64,000 bases of DNA from assembly GCA_030599585.1 (NCBI GenBank), contig JAUVNS010000005.1, positions 224,001 through 288,000 of the forward strand, written 5' to 3'. The stretch comes from Promethearchaeota archaeon. Lineage in GTDB: Archaea; Asgardarchaeota; Lokiarchaeia; Sigyniarchaeales; SOKP01. Numbering within the stretch: position 1 is the first letter of the stretch; the number at the start of each line of letters is the position of its first letter. Shown here one piece after another: positions 40,906 through 50,762 of the stretch. Both the position numbers and the translations under genes were made by a program. The notes beneath the pieces are model-generated. The model had not been told where the DNA came from. It saw only the letters and a program-made list of their open reading frames with translations, and ran no database searches.

Positions 40906-40925
40906 TTAAGGTAAGACTACCTTAA
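40906..40925. terminator. perfect 8-bp hairpin/palindrome (terminator or operator)
   Basis: TTAAGGTA-AGAC-TACCTTAA, 35 nt after the radical SAM stop and ~95 nt before the GH4 start. Confidence 0.4.
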
Positions 40926-40960
40926 ATGAATCAACTTTGCATACAATTATAAAAAAGCAT

Positions 40961-42562
40961 TTACGAATCATGCTTCAATGGTACTTCGGTTTTTTTTGCT
41001 GAAGATATTTCCAGAGTTAACGAATCATGCTTCAATGGTTCTTTGATTTTTTTTACCGTAGATATTTCAATTGTCGGATTAATGTCTTTCATTAATTCAA
41101 CTTTATTTTTTAATTCGTCTGAAATTATTTTAGTTGTGATACCTTGAGAATAGAGCATTCCTAGCCCGCCCAATATTCCTTGCTTAACTAACCTTCCCAA
41201 GCTTCCCAGCATCCAATTAAATTTCCCAAAAGGGTTAAGATATTCTTTGGCTCTTCTAATTAGCCATCCTTTCAGATAAAAAGCGGCATAAGCTTCCGCT
41301 ACTAATTGAAGAAAATCTTTAGAGGTTAATTCTTCAGTTTTCATCATTGGATGAAACAAATCGTAAAATTTGTAATTGCTTGCGGTTACCATTCCTTTCT
41401 CTTTCATCTCATCATAAAATGGTGTCCCTGGAAAAGCAGTAATAGGTGTAAACTGGACACAGTCTAAATCTAGATCTATTGTAGTTTGAATATTTTGCCT
41501 AACCATTCGTTTGGTTTCGCCAGGAAACCCGATTATAACCCCACCGAAGATGGATATTCCTTTGTCTCGTAAACTTTTTACTACTGTTTTAACCATTGCA
41601 GGCGTAGTGTTCCTCTTATTCATCGCGTCTAAACTCTGTTGATGAACGGATTCAATTCCAAGAAAAACTTGTCTAAAATTGGCTTTATGCAATTTATTGA
41701 TTAAATCTGGGTTATTATATAAAGTATCCACTCTTGATTGGCAAGAAAAGCGCATTTTAGAGTTGACTCCTGATTTAATTAGAGTATCCAATATCTTGTG
41801 CGTTCTTTTTACGTTAATTGTGAAATTATCTTCACAGAAAAAAATAAAATCGTTTTTCCAGTCAACATCGTATACTTCTCTCATTATTCTTGAAATTGAT
41901 TTAGATCTGTATGTAGAACCACCACTTGAATTTCTCCACATTTTTATAATACAGCAGAACTTACAATTGTGCGGACAACCTCTTGAAGTTTCTACTTGGC
42001 GAGTTGTGGTCCCCAGGTATGTGTAAAGCTTTCCTTTCAATAAATCTCTTCTGGGCATTGGAAAATTATCTAAGTTTGGTTCTAACGCTCTTTCAGAAGT
42101 GTGGATAATCTTACCTTCCTTGTTTTTGAATGAAATTCCATCAATTTCTTTAAGAGAAATCTGTTTTTTATTCCCATCAAGATAATCGATAATTTCTTTA
42201 AAAGTATGTTCTCCTTCTCCTCTTACCGTAAAATCTACATAATCATGGTCGGCTACAAATTCTGGTACCAATGTAGGATGATATCCACCTATGATCGTAT
42301 TACAACCGTGCTCTTTCGCCATTTTAGCGACTTCTAAGGCTGAATATATTTGTGGCGTCATGCTTGTGATCGCTACTGTATCGTACCGATTTAGCTCGCT
42401 ACGAAATTTTTTCTCGCGATATTTATCAACCTTGAAATCAAATAATTTTGCGTCATGTTCTGGAACCATCCCAGCTATCGTAATTAAGCTTAATGGAGCT
42501 CCAGTAATAATAGCGTCCATCCCTGATTGCAGACGAGCTGGATTAATATATAAAATTTTCAT
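40961..42562 (-). CDS. cobalamin-binding radical SAM enzyme (class B methylase/BchE-like)
   Basis: B12-binding domain (GGYHPT, RGEGE); TSRGCPHNCKFC; GIES; PGTP. Confidence 0.92.
   Translation of the reverse strand: MKILYINPARLQSGMDAIITGAPLSLITIAGMVPEHDAKLFDFKVDKYREKKFRSELNRYDTVAITSMTPQIYSALEVAKMAKEHGCNTIIGGYHPTLVPEFVADHDYVDFTVRGEGEHTFKEIIDYLDGNKKQISLKEIDGISFKNKEGKIIHTSERALEPNLDNFPMPRRDLLKGKLYTYLGTTTRQVETSRGCPHNCKFCCIIKMWRNSSGGSTYRSKSISRIMREVYDVDWKNDFIFFCEDNFTINVKRTHKILDTLIKSGVNSKMRFSCQSRVDTLYNNPDLINKLHKANFRQVFLGIESVHQQSLDAMNKRNTTPAMVKTVVKSLRDKGISIFGGVIIGFPGETKRMVRQNIQTTIDLDLDCVQFTPITAFPGTPFYDEMKEKGMVTASNYKFYDLFHPMMKTEELTSKDFLQLVAEAYAAFYLKGWLIRRAKEYLNPFGKFNWMLGSLGRLVKQGILGGLGMLYSQGITTKIISDELKNKVELMKDINPTIEISTVKKIKEPLKHDSLTLEISSAKKTEVPLKHDS
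40963..41076 (-). repeat. 57-bp (19-aa) imperfect tandem duplication at the 3' end of the radical SAM gene
   Basis: ACGAATCATGCTTCAATGGT at 40963 and 41020; peptide EIS..KK...PLKHDS occurs twice. Confidence 0.85.
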
Positions 42563-42670
42563 TTTTATTCACATACTTTTCCCAATTATCAAGCTTAACC
42601 TTATCCAAAGTGAACCACGGTGTGGATAAACTAACTTGGGAGAAGAGGTTAAGTGGTAATTCAGTTAGTT
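42563..42670 (-). ncRNA. structured 5' leader, candidate cis-regulatory RNA/riboswitch
   Basis: Four 7-10 bp complementary pairs within ~100 nt, starting at the predicted TSS. Confidence 0.5.
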
Positions 42671-42692
42671 ATTATTAAATAACAATTTATCT

Positions 42693-42700
42693 TATTTAAA
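42693..42700 (-). promoter_or_regulatory. TATA box for the radical SAM gene
   Basis: TTTAAATA about 22 nt upstream of the start of the structured leader. Confidence 0.5.
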
Positions 42701-42875
42701 CTTGTTGAATCTACATAGTATTTGTTTAATCGATATAGCACAAAATCCTAATAGATACTATAATAAAAGAAGGTAATAATTAAAACTAAATTACTTTGAT
42801 TTATATTCCTTTTTTTGATATTATTAAACTATATCCCTCTCCTTATTAAAAAGAATCAACTTCAATTTTTCTTTA

Positions 42876-45035
42876 ATGCAAACAGAAGTTTCTCGATATT
42901 TTAATCATCCCTTTCTAAAAAAAAATCGAGTATTTTATCGACAGTATCAAAATAATATCACAAAAAGGTGTAAAGGAAGAAATTCTTTAATAGTTTTGCC
43001 AACTGGATTAGGAAAAACGATTGTTGGGATTTTACTCGTAAGTGAAGCTTTAGAAAAGTATCCTAAATCCAAAATTATTATTCTTGCTCCTACTAGGCCT
43101 TTAGTTTCGCAACATAAAGATTCATGTAATAATTTTCTTAATGTTGAACCTGATGAGATTATTTCGTTTACGGGCAAGATTTCGCCTGAAAAGAGAATCG
43201 TCCTTTTCAACAACTCTAAAATTATCGTCTCAACACCTCAAGTGATAAAAAACGATGTAGAAAGGGGTCGATACGATTTAAAGCAAGTTTCTCTAATTAT
43301 CTTCGATGAGGCTCACAGGACAAGAGGTAATTATGCGTATTGTTTCATATCAACTGAATATTTTAATACTTGCCAAGATCCTCTTATACTTGGATTAACT
43401 GCTTCGCCAGGAAAAAGCTACCTTCGGATACAGGAATTGTGTGATAGTTTATTCATTGAGAATGTTATATTCAAAACCTACGAAGATAAAGACGTAAAAA
43501 AGTATATTTACGATATTGATACATATTTAGAATTTGTAGATTTACCCATTAAAGTCATTGAATTAAGTGCGGTTTGGTATAATTTATTCGAGAAATTTCT
43601 GAAATTCTTTATTGACAAAAAATTATTGCCCCCTAACAAAAGATACTATTCAAAATTAGATTTCTTAGGGATATCTCGCGACTTAACACTTTCTCTTAAG
43701 TACGAGAATGGATACTTACCGGAACTATCAGAAGAGGATTACTTCGATGCGCTCTTTTTTAAAACTGATCGAATAATAGATAAAGTTAAAGAAAACTCGT
43801 TAAACATTCAATCCATTTTCTCTTATTGCTCAAGTTTTATATCAATACTTCACGCTAAAGATTTATTAGAATCTCAAAACATTACGCTCTTTTTAAAATT
43901 TTTAGAAAAAATTGAATGGAAATCCGATCAAGATATACTTTCGGCTAAAAGAATCGTAAGCTCCGAACACTTCAAATTTATTAAAAACAATCTTCTACAA
44001 AATAATATTAACGACTATTCACATCCTAAAATAGAAAAATTATTTTCTATAATTACTGAAGAAACTGAGGATTATCGAAACAATAAGATAATAGTATTCA
44101 CCCAGTACAGAGCCATGGCTGAATTGTTAAAAAATTTAATAGAAGAACGCTTTGGGTCTTTAAGAGTTGAAAAATTTATTGGCCAATCAACCAAACCAGA
44201 TGATTTTGGATTTTCTCAAGATAAACAAATTGAAATAATTAAAAATTTTAAAGAAGGGACGCTAGATATACTTGTAGCCACCAGTGTTGCAGAAGAAGGA
44301 CTTGACATACCTAATGTGGACGCAATTATTTTTTACGAACCCGTCCCTTCAGAGATTAGATTAATCCAAAGACGCGGTAGAACCGGGAGATATAGACCCG
44401 GTAGGTGTTACCTATTAATAGCCAGACAATCTATTGATGTTCCTTTTTATAAAGCTGCAGAAAAAAAGGAGTCGACTATGCATTCTGTACTTATAGATTC
44501 AAAGCAGCTGAATCTGTGTGATGTAGTCAACCGAAAACAGATAAACTTCAAAGTAGCTTCCAATAAAATTTCAGAATATGATTTAATTAAAAATTACAAG
44601 GAAAGGCGTAAACGGGAAAAAGAACTTCTTGCCAATCGTTCAATCGAAGAAATCATTACAGAACTTGATAATTTTGCCCACAGTGAAGAGTTCAAAAGAT
44701 TTAAAAATGCAGGTGTGACTTTTTATTCTGATGTAATAGACTTGGATAAATTGAAATTGAAAACTTCAATATTAAAATTAAAAGGAAATCATAAAGAAAA
44801 AAAAAAGAAAATGCCAGAAAGAAAAATTTATTTAAATCATAATGTAAAGACATTAATTCGTATTGCTAAAACATATTCTGTAGACGGAAAAATTTCATTT
44901 TCGGATTTTAAAGCATTTGCTGAAGAAGAAGATATAATTGAAAAGAAATTTTACGCCCATTTGAATCAAGCTTGTTATTTAGGTTATTTAAAAAGAACAA
45001 CCAAAGAAATACAATTTATTAAAGATTACGATTAA
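42876..45035 (+). CDS. Hef/FANCM/Mph1-like SF2 helicase without ERCC4 nuclease domain
   Basis: LPTGLGKT, DEAH, TASPG, ATSVAEEGLDIP, QRRGRTGR; no ERKxxxD nuclease motif visible. Confidence 0.9.
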   Translation: MQTEVSRYFNHPFLKKNRVFYRQYQNNITKRCKGRNSLIVLPTGLGKTIVGILLVSEALEKYPKSKIIILAPTRPLVSQHKDSCNNFLNVEPDEIISFTGKISPEKRIVLFNNSKIIVSTPQVIKNDVERGRYDLKQVSLIIFDEAHRTRGNYAYCFISTEYFNTCQDPLILGLTASPGKSYLRIQELCDSLFIENVIFKTYEDKDVKKYIYDIDTYLEFVDLPIKVIELSAVWYNLFEKFLKFFIDKKLLPPNKRYYSKLDFLGISRDLTLSLKYENGYLPELSEEDYFDALFFKTDRIIDKVKENSLNIQSIFSYCSSFISILHAKDLLESQNITLFLKFLEKIEWKSDQDILSAKRIVSSEHFKFIKNNLLQNNINDYSHPKIEKLFSIITEETEDYRNNKIIVFTQYRAMAELLKNLIEERFGSLRVEKFIGQSTKPDDFGFSQDKQIEIIKNFKEGTLDILVATSVAEEGLDIPNVDAIIFYEPVPSEIRLIQRRGRTGRYRPGRCYLLIARQSIDVPFYKAAEKKESTMHSVLIDSKQLNLCDVVNRKQINFKVASNKISEYDLIKNYKERRKREKELLANRSIEEIITELDNFAHSEEFKRFKNAGVTFYSDVIDLDKLKLKTSILKLKGNHKEKKKKMPERKIYLNHNVKTLIRIAKTYSVDGKISFSDFKAFAEEEDIIEKKFYAHLNQACYLGYLKRTTKEIQFIKDYD

Positions 45036-45069
45036 AATCCTTTTTATATTTTAAGTGTTAAGTTCAAAA

Positions 45070-48000
45070 TCAAATCTTTTCGTCTTTCTTTTTTTTAAAT
45101 AAGAGATACCCTAATACCACTAAAGTTAGAATAAGTGGGATCATTATCGTAATCGGGTTTCCTCCGCTAATTTGAAATATATAATACGAGATAGCCGTGA
45201 GCGAAGCAAAGAAAGCGATAACAGAACCATACTGATTTGTGAAATTCTTTAACCTTCGCATCATTATATATACTCTAAAATTCATTTTCTTTATTACCTC
45301 TAACTCTTTGTCATCAAGCATACTCAGAACATCCGGATTCTCGTAATATAAACCGATCAGAGGATCGTATTTCCCTTTCAATTTTCCAGAACTAATTAGA
45401 GAAATTAGGTGTTTCTGAATAAGAGGTTTCTTTATCTTCAATTCGTGCTGTAAAAAACTTAATGTAAGGAATTCATTTGCTACGGCCTTTATTGCCATTT
45501 CCACGTAAGATTTCACAATTAATTCTTCTAAAGTTTTAACCTTCTCTCTTAATGTCTCGTTAAATTCTTTAATGAAACGATCAAAATCGTTTATTATATG
45601 CCTATTTTTGGTTTCAAAATCATTAGAATTTCTCTTAAATATTCTAATTAAATCAGCTATTTCTCGACTGGTTTTTTTAATCTCCTGTTCGATATAAATC
45701 TTTTTTTTATCAACTTTTAAGTATGCTCTCTTATACTGTTCCGTTTCAATATATTCTTCAACCCTGGTTTGTAACGTTCCTAATAATTGACTTAAATGGA
45801 TATTGTTGTTGGAAATCGTTGATATTAACTTACCTCGATTCGTCTCAAACCTCAGAGAATTTATTTTATCATTTATTGCTTGAATTCTATCTTCAATCAT
45901 TGTTTTGATTTTGTTTTTGAGCAAAACTGAGAATTCTCTCAATTCTGTTTCAAATTTCCTCGTTTCATAAGATATGTTTATAATTGATTTCAATTTATTT
46001 TCGATTTTTTCGTCGACTTCCTTTAATCTAATCCTAACATTCTCTTTTCTACTTTCAAGAATAACCTTCATCTCTGTATGAGACCCAGCTCCCTCAACAT
46101 CAGCAGATGTTTTTGTTAATTGATTTTCAATTTCGATTTTTAGCGTATCTAACAAATCGATGATGAATGTTTGTATGTCTTTAAACAAAACCAAGTTTTC
46201 TTTAATATTCAAAATCGCTTTTTCATTATTACTTATAATAGCTTTTAGATTATTAATCAGTTCCATATTTTCTAATCTATTCTCGTCAATATTTAGCTCT
46301 TTTATCTTAGTGTTGTATTGATTGGTAATAGAATCCTTCAAATCAATTAAATCATTAATTCTATTTTGAATTTCTAACAAGTTTACTCCAAGAGTTTTGT
46401 TTTTAATACACGAGTCGTAAAGGGCTAATAATTTTCCTACCGCCTCCTGGGTTTGCTTAATAATTCTATTTTCTGTGAAATTTGTCAATTTTCTATTCTT
46501 ATGATAAGCTTCAGTGTGAACTGTTAGTTCTTTTTTATCTTCAAGTAAATCACCTTGCAATTTAGACACCTCTATCATGTCTCTAATTCTTGGAATTATC
46601 ACTTTACATTTGAGTTTAAGCTTATCTGCAAGTTTTTTTATACTAATTGTATCTGTGTGTTCCTCCTCGCTCATTAATACAATTTCTTGAGAAATTATGT
46701 CATTTACATATTCTTCCTTAAGTTTATCAATTTCTTCAGTAAAGAAAATGTTAAATTTCTCCCATTGAATAATTTTTATCGAACTTTCATCAATGCTTGG
46801 GATAATAGCTTTAAGATTTGATAATTTTTTAGAAAATTTCTTGCTATTTTCGTTTAAATCAATTAGAATTGTATCAAAACCTCTAATAACAATTGGGATT
46901 TTATTTGTTTTGCTTTGATCAATGTTGTTCCTGTAATTTTCTAACTTAATCTTAAAATTTTGGATAGTATCAGAAACAAAATTATCAAAATCTTCAACAC
47001 CTGCTCTATTTCTTTCTTCTATAACTTTTTCTTTTAATAATTGCTCTTGTCCCGCTATAAACTCAATAATATTTTCTTCCAGGCTGTCGAGCTTTTCATT
47101 TATATATTTATAAAGTGGAAATAGTTTCTGTTTAAAAGAAATATTCTTTTTAACCATTGATTTTAAACTTTGAATTTTCTTAGTTTTATCTTTTAGTAGT
47201 ACATCCGCTTCCATCTTAATAATCTTAAAAGCGTCTTGATATTGATTTTGAGAAGTTATATTTTTAACATTCTCTTTTATTTGTAGAATTCCTTCTTGTA
47301 TATTATCCCTAACATTTCCAATCTCTCTATTCAATTCGTGGAAAAACTGGAAACCATTCGTATAATCAGCAAAAATCAAATCAAAGTTTTCTTTAAAATT
47401 AACCCATTTATTTATTATTTTCTTATGGTTCTTCGCGATCTTCTTCTCCTTGGTTGTTATCTGATGCGACACTTTGTAAATAACTGAATCGTATTTGCTT
47501 ACAACCTGAGCTATTTTATTAAACGCATTTATGATAAGTGATAATTTTTCTTCATCGTAACCCTTTTCAAGAACCTCCATAATGTAATTCTTAAAAGAAT
47601 CTATCTCACGATTTACCTGATCTTGAATATCGTATATTTTATTATCTAACTCGCCTAAAATATCGCTAAATTTTTTTAAACTTTCCATCTCTTGAATCTT
47701 TTCAAGGAGGTAATTATTTGCTTCGCCTAAACGCTTTTGCAGTAAAGAATAAGATTTATTCCATTGAGATATTTCAGAACCTAAAGCAGCTTGTAGGTTA
47801 ATGTATATAAGCTCTTGATTAAACGATGTTTCAATGTTTTTATTAAGAAAATCTGCTTCCATTAATGAATCTCGCAATACAAACTTCAACCTTTCTTTAG
47901 CGAAATCAACTTCGTCAATCATAAGATAAGATTCTATTTCTTCCTTTATTTGTGGAATTGTGTTCTTGAGCTTCAAGGTCATATTGTAAATATCATTTTT

Positions 48001-49482
48001 AATTTCCTTCAGTTTAGCTTTTTCTTCGAAAAGTCTTTCACTATTAATTTCTTTATCAGAAATGATTATGTTTTTGTACAAAACATCTAAACAAAAGTAA
48101 AATTTTGTTTTAAATAAATAAGCCTTTTTTGATCTAATCTCTCCTTCAAAAAAATGGTTGCTTATTAAGTCATAGATGATCGGAAAGATTTCTTCTTTTA
48201 ATTTCACGGGTTCCTGTTGGTAGGAACTTTTATATTTTTTGTGTATATCCGAAAGTGAAATGACGCTACTATTACTTAGTTGGCTATAGACTTCTTCGAT
48301 AATTTGCTTTTTACCTTGACTTAAATTTTGTAAATAATCATTAAATTCAGATGAAATATCGATATTCTTTAAAGAAAACATGTAATTGAGGTTAATATAC
48401 AGTACAATCTCTTCTACTCCATGGCTTAACCCAAAAGTAGTCTTTATCTGGTTTAAGTCTATAAAATTGTATGTTTCTAATCGCTTAAATACAACTCTCT
48501 CGATTTCTTCGATAAAACGATTCCAGATAATAGATAGCAAAATTACGAGTTTAGTAACGTTTTTTAACGCGATTAAGTTCCAACTTTCTTTATCTTTCAA
48601 TAATAAGTCTAATTTTTCGGCGATAAAAGAATAGATTCTTGCTGGATTGTAATCTATAAGCCATGAGTATATGTCAAGAAGATTTACGCACCAAAATGTA
48701 GATTCAATATCCCCTCCAATTGAATCTATGACAAAACCTCCATTTGGCTGTTGAAATTGATAGAAATACTGAATTTCCTTATCTTTTACATCTACATCTA
48801 AATCAAAGAATTTCAGACTAAGGAGTTTAAAAATAAAAGATACATCCTTCTTTCTTTCTCTAAGATATTGACGAAATTGCTCTTTGAAAACTCTTACATC
48901 AACACCGATAAGCATAAGACTTTCGACTACATAGTAAAAAGTCTCCCCCAAAGGTCCTTGATTACCAAATTCGCATTGTTTGTCAAGGCAATGTAAGAAT
49001 CCGTTATTTCTTTTATGATCATAAATAAAGTTTTTAACTTTTTCTATAACTATATCTTGGCCTTTAGACGCTAGGTATTGTTGGAGCACACCCAATAACT
49101 CTAAACTTGCTAATGCATAGTATGTAGACCATATATCAGGTGTTTTTAATGAATAAGGCGATGCTTTAAATCCCAATTGATCTTTTTCAATTATCTCAAC
49201 TTCACAATTTTTTACAAATTCTAAGAAAACTTCGGTATTATCGTCCACTTTTTGTTTGATATACTTCCTCAGGAGGAGAAACCAAAAAAGATCCTCTAAA
49301 TTTAAAGACGATTCATTATTTAAGTGTATATTATAATATTGATATAAATCTAAAACTTTATTGTAATTACTTAAGTAGAAATTGCCGATATCCTTTCTAT
49401 TTGCTAAAACAAAAGATTTAAAAGGCTCTTTTTTGAATTCCGTAATGTACGGATATGCTGTCTTGTTCTCTACATTTGTCAA
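45070..49482 (-). CDS. large multidomain protein: prenyltransferase-like repeats, PCI/winged-helix domains, long coiled coil, C-terminal 2 TM
   Basis: STYYALASL, NNGF, QQPNGGF, STFWCV; ISIKKLADKL...SKLQG and LQHELKI...SGKLKGKYD; K/E/I/L heptads; TTG start with GGAG. Confidence 0.7.
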   Translation of the reverse strand: MTNVENKTAYPYITEFKKEPFKSFVLANRKDIGNFYLSNYNKVLDLYQYYNIHLNNESSLNLEDLFWFLLLRKYIKQKVDDNTEVFLEFVKNCEVEIIEKDQLGFKASPYSLKTPDIWSTYYALASLELLGVLQQYLASKGQDIVIEKVKNFIYDHKRNNGFLHCLDKQCEFGNQGPLGETFYYVVESLMLIGVDVRVFKEQFRQYLRERKKDVSFIFKLLSLKFFDLDVDVKDKEIQYFYQFQQPNGGFVIDSIGGDIESTFWCVNLLDIYSWLIDYNPARIYSFIAEKLDLLLKDKESWNLIALKNVTKLVILLSIIWNRFIEEIERVVFKRLETYNFIDLNQIKTTFGLSHGVEEIVLYINLNYMFSLKNIDISSEFNDYLQNLSQGKKQIIEEVYSQLSNSSVISLSDIHKKYKSSYQQEPVKLKEEIFPIIYDLISNHFFEGEIRSKKAYLFKTKFYFCLDVLYKNIIISDKEINSERLFEEKAKLKEIKNDIYNMTLKLKNTIPQIKEEIESYLMIDEVDFAKERLKFVLRDSLMEADFLNKNIETSFNQELIYINLQAALGSEISQWNKSYSLLQKRLGEANNYLLEKIQEMESLKKFSDILGELDNKIYDIQDQVNREIDSFKNYIMEVLEKGYDEEKLSLIINAFNKIAQVVSKYDSVIYKVSHQITTKEKKIAKNHKKIINKWVNFKENFDLIFADYTNGFQFFHELNREIGNVRDNIQEGILQIKENVKNITSQNQYQDAFKIIKMEADVLLKDKTKKIQSLKSMVKKNISFKQKLFPLYKYINEKLDSLEENIIEFIAGQEQLLKEKVIEERNRAGVEDFDNFVSDTIQNFKIKLENYRNNIDQSKTNKIPIVIRGFDTILIDLNENSKKFSKKLSNLKAIIPSIDESSIKIIQWEKFNIFFTEEIDKLKEEYVNDIISQEIVLMSEEEHTDTISIKKLADKLKLKCKVIIPRIRDMIEVSKLQGDLLEDKKELTVHTEAYHKNRKLTNFTENRIIKQTQEAVGKLLALYDSCIKNKTLGVNLLEIQNRINDLIDLKDSITNQYNTKIKELNIDENRLENMELINNLKAIISNNEKAILNIKENLVLFKDIQTFIIDLLDTLKIEIENQLTKTSADVEGAGSHTEMKVILESRKENVRIRLKEVDEKIENKLKSIINISYETRKFETELREFSVLLKNKIKTMIEDRIQAINDKINSLRFETNRGKLISTISNNNIHLSQLLGTLQTRVEEYIETEQYKRAYLKVDKKKIYIEQEIKKTSREIADLIRIFKRNSNDFETKNRHIINDFDRFIKEFNETLREKVKTLEELIVKSYVEMAIKAVANEFLTLSFLQHELKIKKPLIQKHLISLISSGKLKGKYDPLIGLYYENPDVLSMLDDKELEVIKKMNFRVYIMMRRLKNFTNQYGSVIAFFASLTAISYYIFQISGGNPITIMIPLILTLVVLGYLLFKKKKDEKI

Positions 49483-49693
49483 CTAAACAAACTCCAAACT
49501 TCTTTTAATAATATAACAATGATAAAAATTTTCGAATTTATTTTTTTAGTATTATTTTGTTTGATGCATTTGAAATTATCAATAAGATACAAAAAAGTTA
49601 ATTCTAGTATTGAAATCTTTAAAGTTTTAGCAATATTTAGTAAAATATTCAATTTATTTTCTTGAATAAGTATACAAGGAGATTGAGGATATA

Positions 49694-50749
49694 ATTACTA
49701 TTGATAAGAAATGTATTGGATGGTTATGCAGTTATACACCTATAGAACTCATCTACGCTGCAGGTCTTCTTCCATATCGTATAATTGGCCATTCAAATCC
49801 ACCACAAAACGCAGATTCTTATATACATCCCAATTTCTGTCAATTTATAAAATCTACAATTGATGTAGCAATAGAAGGTGGATATGATTTCCTCGAGGGG
49901 GTTATTTTCGTAAACTCTTGCGATGCGATGAGGAGACTGCACGATGTTTGGAAAAGGTACGTTCCAACGAAGTTTATTCATATATTAGATATTCCGATGG
50001 GCAACTTATCTTTGGGTTCAAAGTATCTCGAAAATGAGTTTCTGAAGCTTAAGAACGCGCTCGAAAAATATGCATCTACCCAAATTAAAGAGGAAGATAT
50101 TAAAAACGCTATTGACATTTATAATAATTCACGGTTATTGTATAACCAACTGAACTCGTTAAGAATGGAAGATCCTCCATTAATAACAGCAGGTCGCTTA
50201 ATGGAACTCACGACAGATTTCTTCAAAATCGAACCAGATGTTTGGAATGAGAAAACTAAAAAGCTCATAGAAGAAATAAAATCAGAAACTACGAAAGCAG
50301 AACAAAAAAAAAGCCCTCGAATCCTTTTATCTGGAAGTCCACTCCATGAAATAGAATTCCTTAAATTTATAGAAGGAATTGGATTGAATCTTGTTTACGA
50401 AGATCTTTGTACTGGGAGCAAATTTTTTGATTTGAATATTAAAGAATCTAATAACTTAATATCTTCATTAAGCGAAGCTTACTTAACAAGAACTCCATGC
50501 GCTCGAATGATGCAAATAGAAGAAAGAGCTAAACAGATCATAAATAATTCAAAAAAATTCAAGGCCGATGGAGTAATTCACCATTCCTTAAAATTTTGCG
50601 ATACATATTTGTACGATGTTCCTGCTTTGAAAAAAATCTTGCGAGAAAATGAAATTCCTGTTTTATTCATTGAAAGCGATGGCGGGTTAGGAGACGTAAA
50701 TCAACTTAGAACGAGAATTGAAGCCTTCTCAGAAATGATTAAAAATTAA
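49694..50749 (+). CDS. 2-hydroxyacyl-CoA dehydratase (HgdB/FldC-type) subunit, non-ATG start
   Basis: Upstream in-frame IGWLCSYTPIELIYAAG...PNFC...NSCDAMRR; DLCTG, TPCAR, LKFCD, QLRTRIEAF; exact start (49691/49694/49700) uncertain. Confidence 0.85.
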   Translation: MTIDKKCIGWLCSYTPIELIYAAGLLPYRIIGHSNPPQNADSYIHPNFCQFIKSTIDVAIEGGYDFLEGVIFVNSCDAMRRLHDVWKRYVPTKFIHILDIPMGNLSLGSKYLENEFLKLKNALEKYASTQIKEEDIKNAIDIYNNSRLLYNQLNSLRMEDPPLITAGRLMELTTDFFKIEPDVWNEKTKKLIEEIKSETTKAEQKKSPRILLSGSPLHEIEFLKFIEGIGLNLVYEDLCTGSKFFDLNIKESNNLISSLSEAYLTRTPCARMMQIEERAKQIINNSKKFKADGVIHHSLKFCDTYLYDVPALKKILRENEIPVLFIESDGGLGDVNQLRTRIEAFSEMIKN

Positions 50750-50762
50750 CAAGGTGGTTAAA

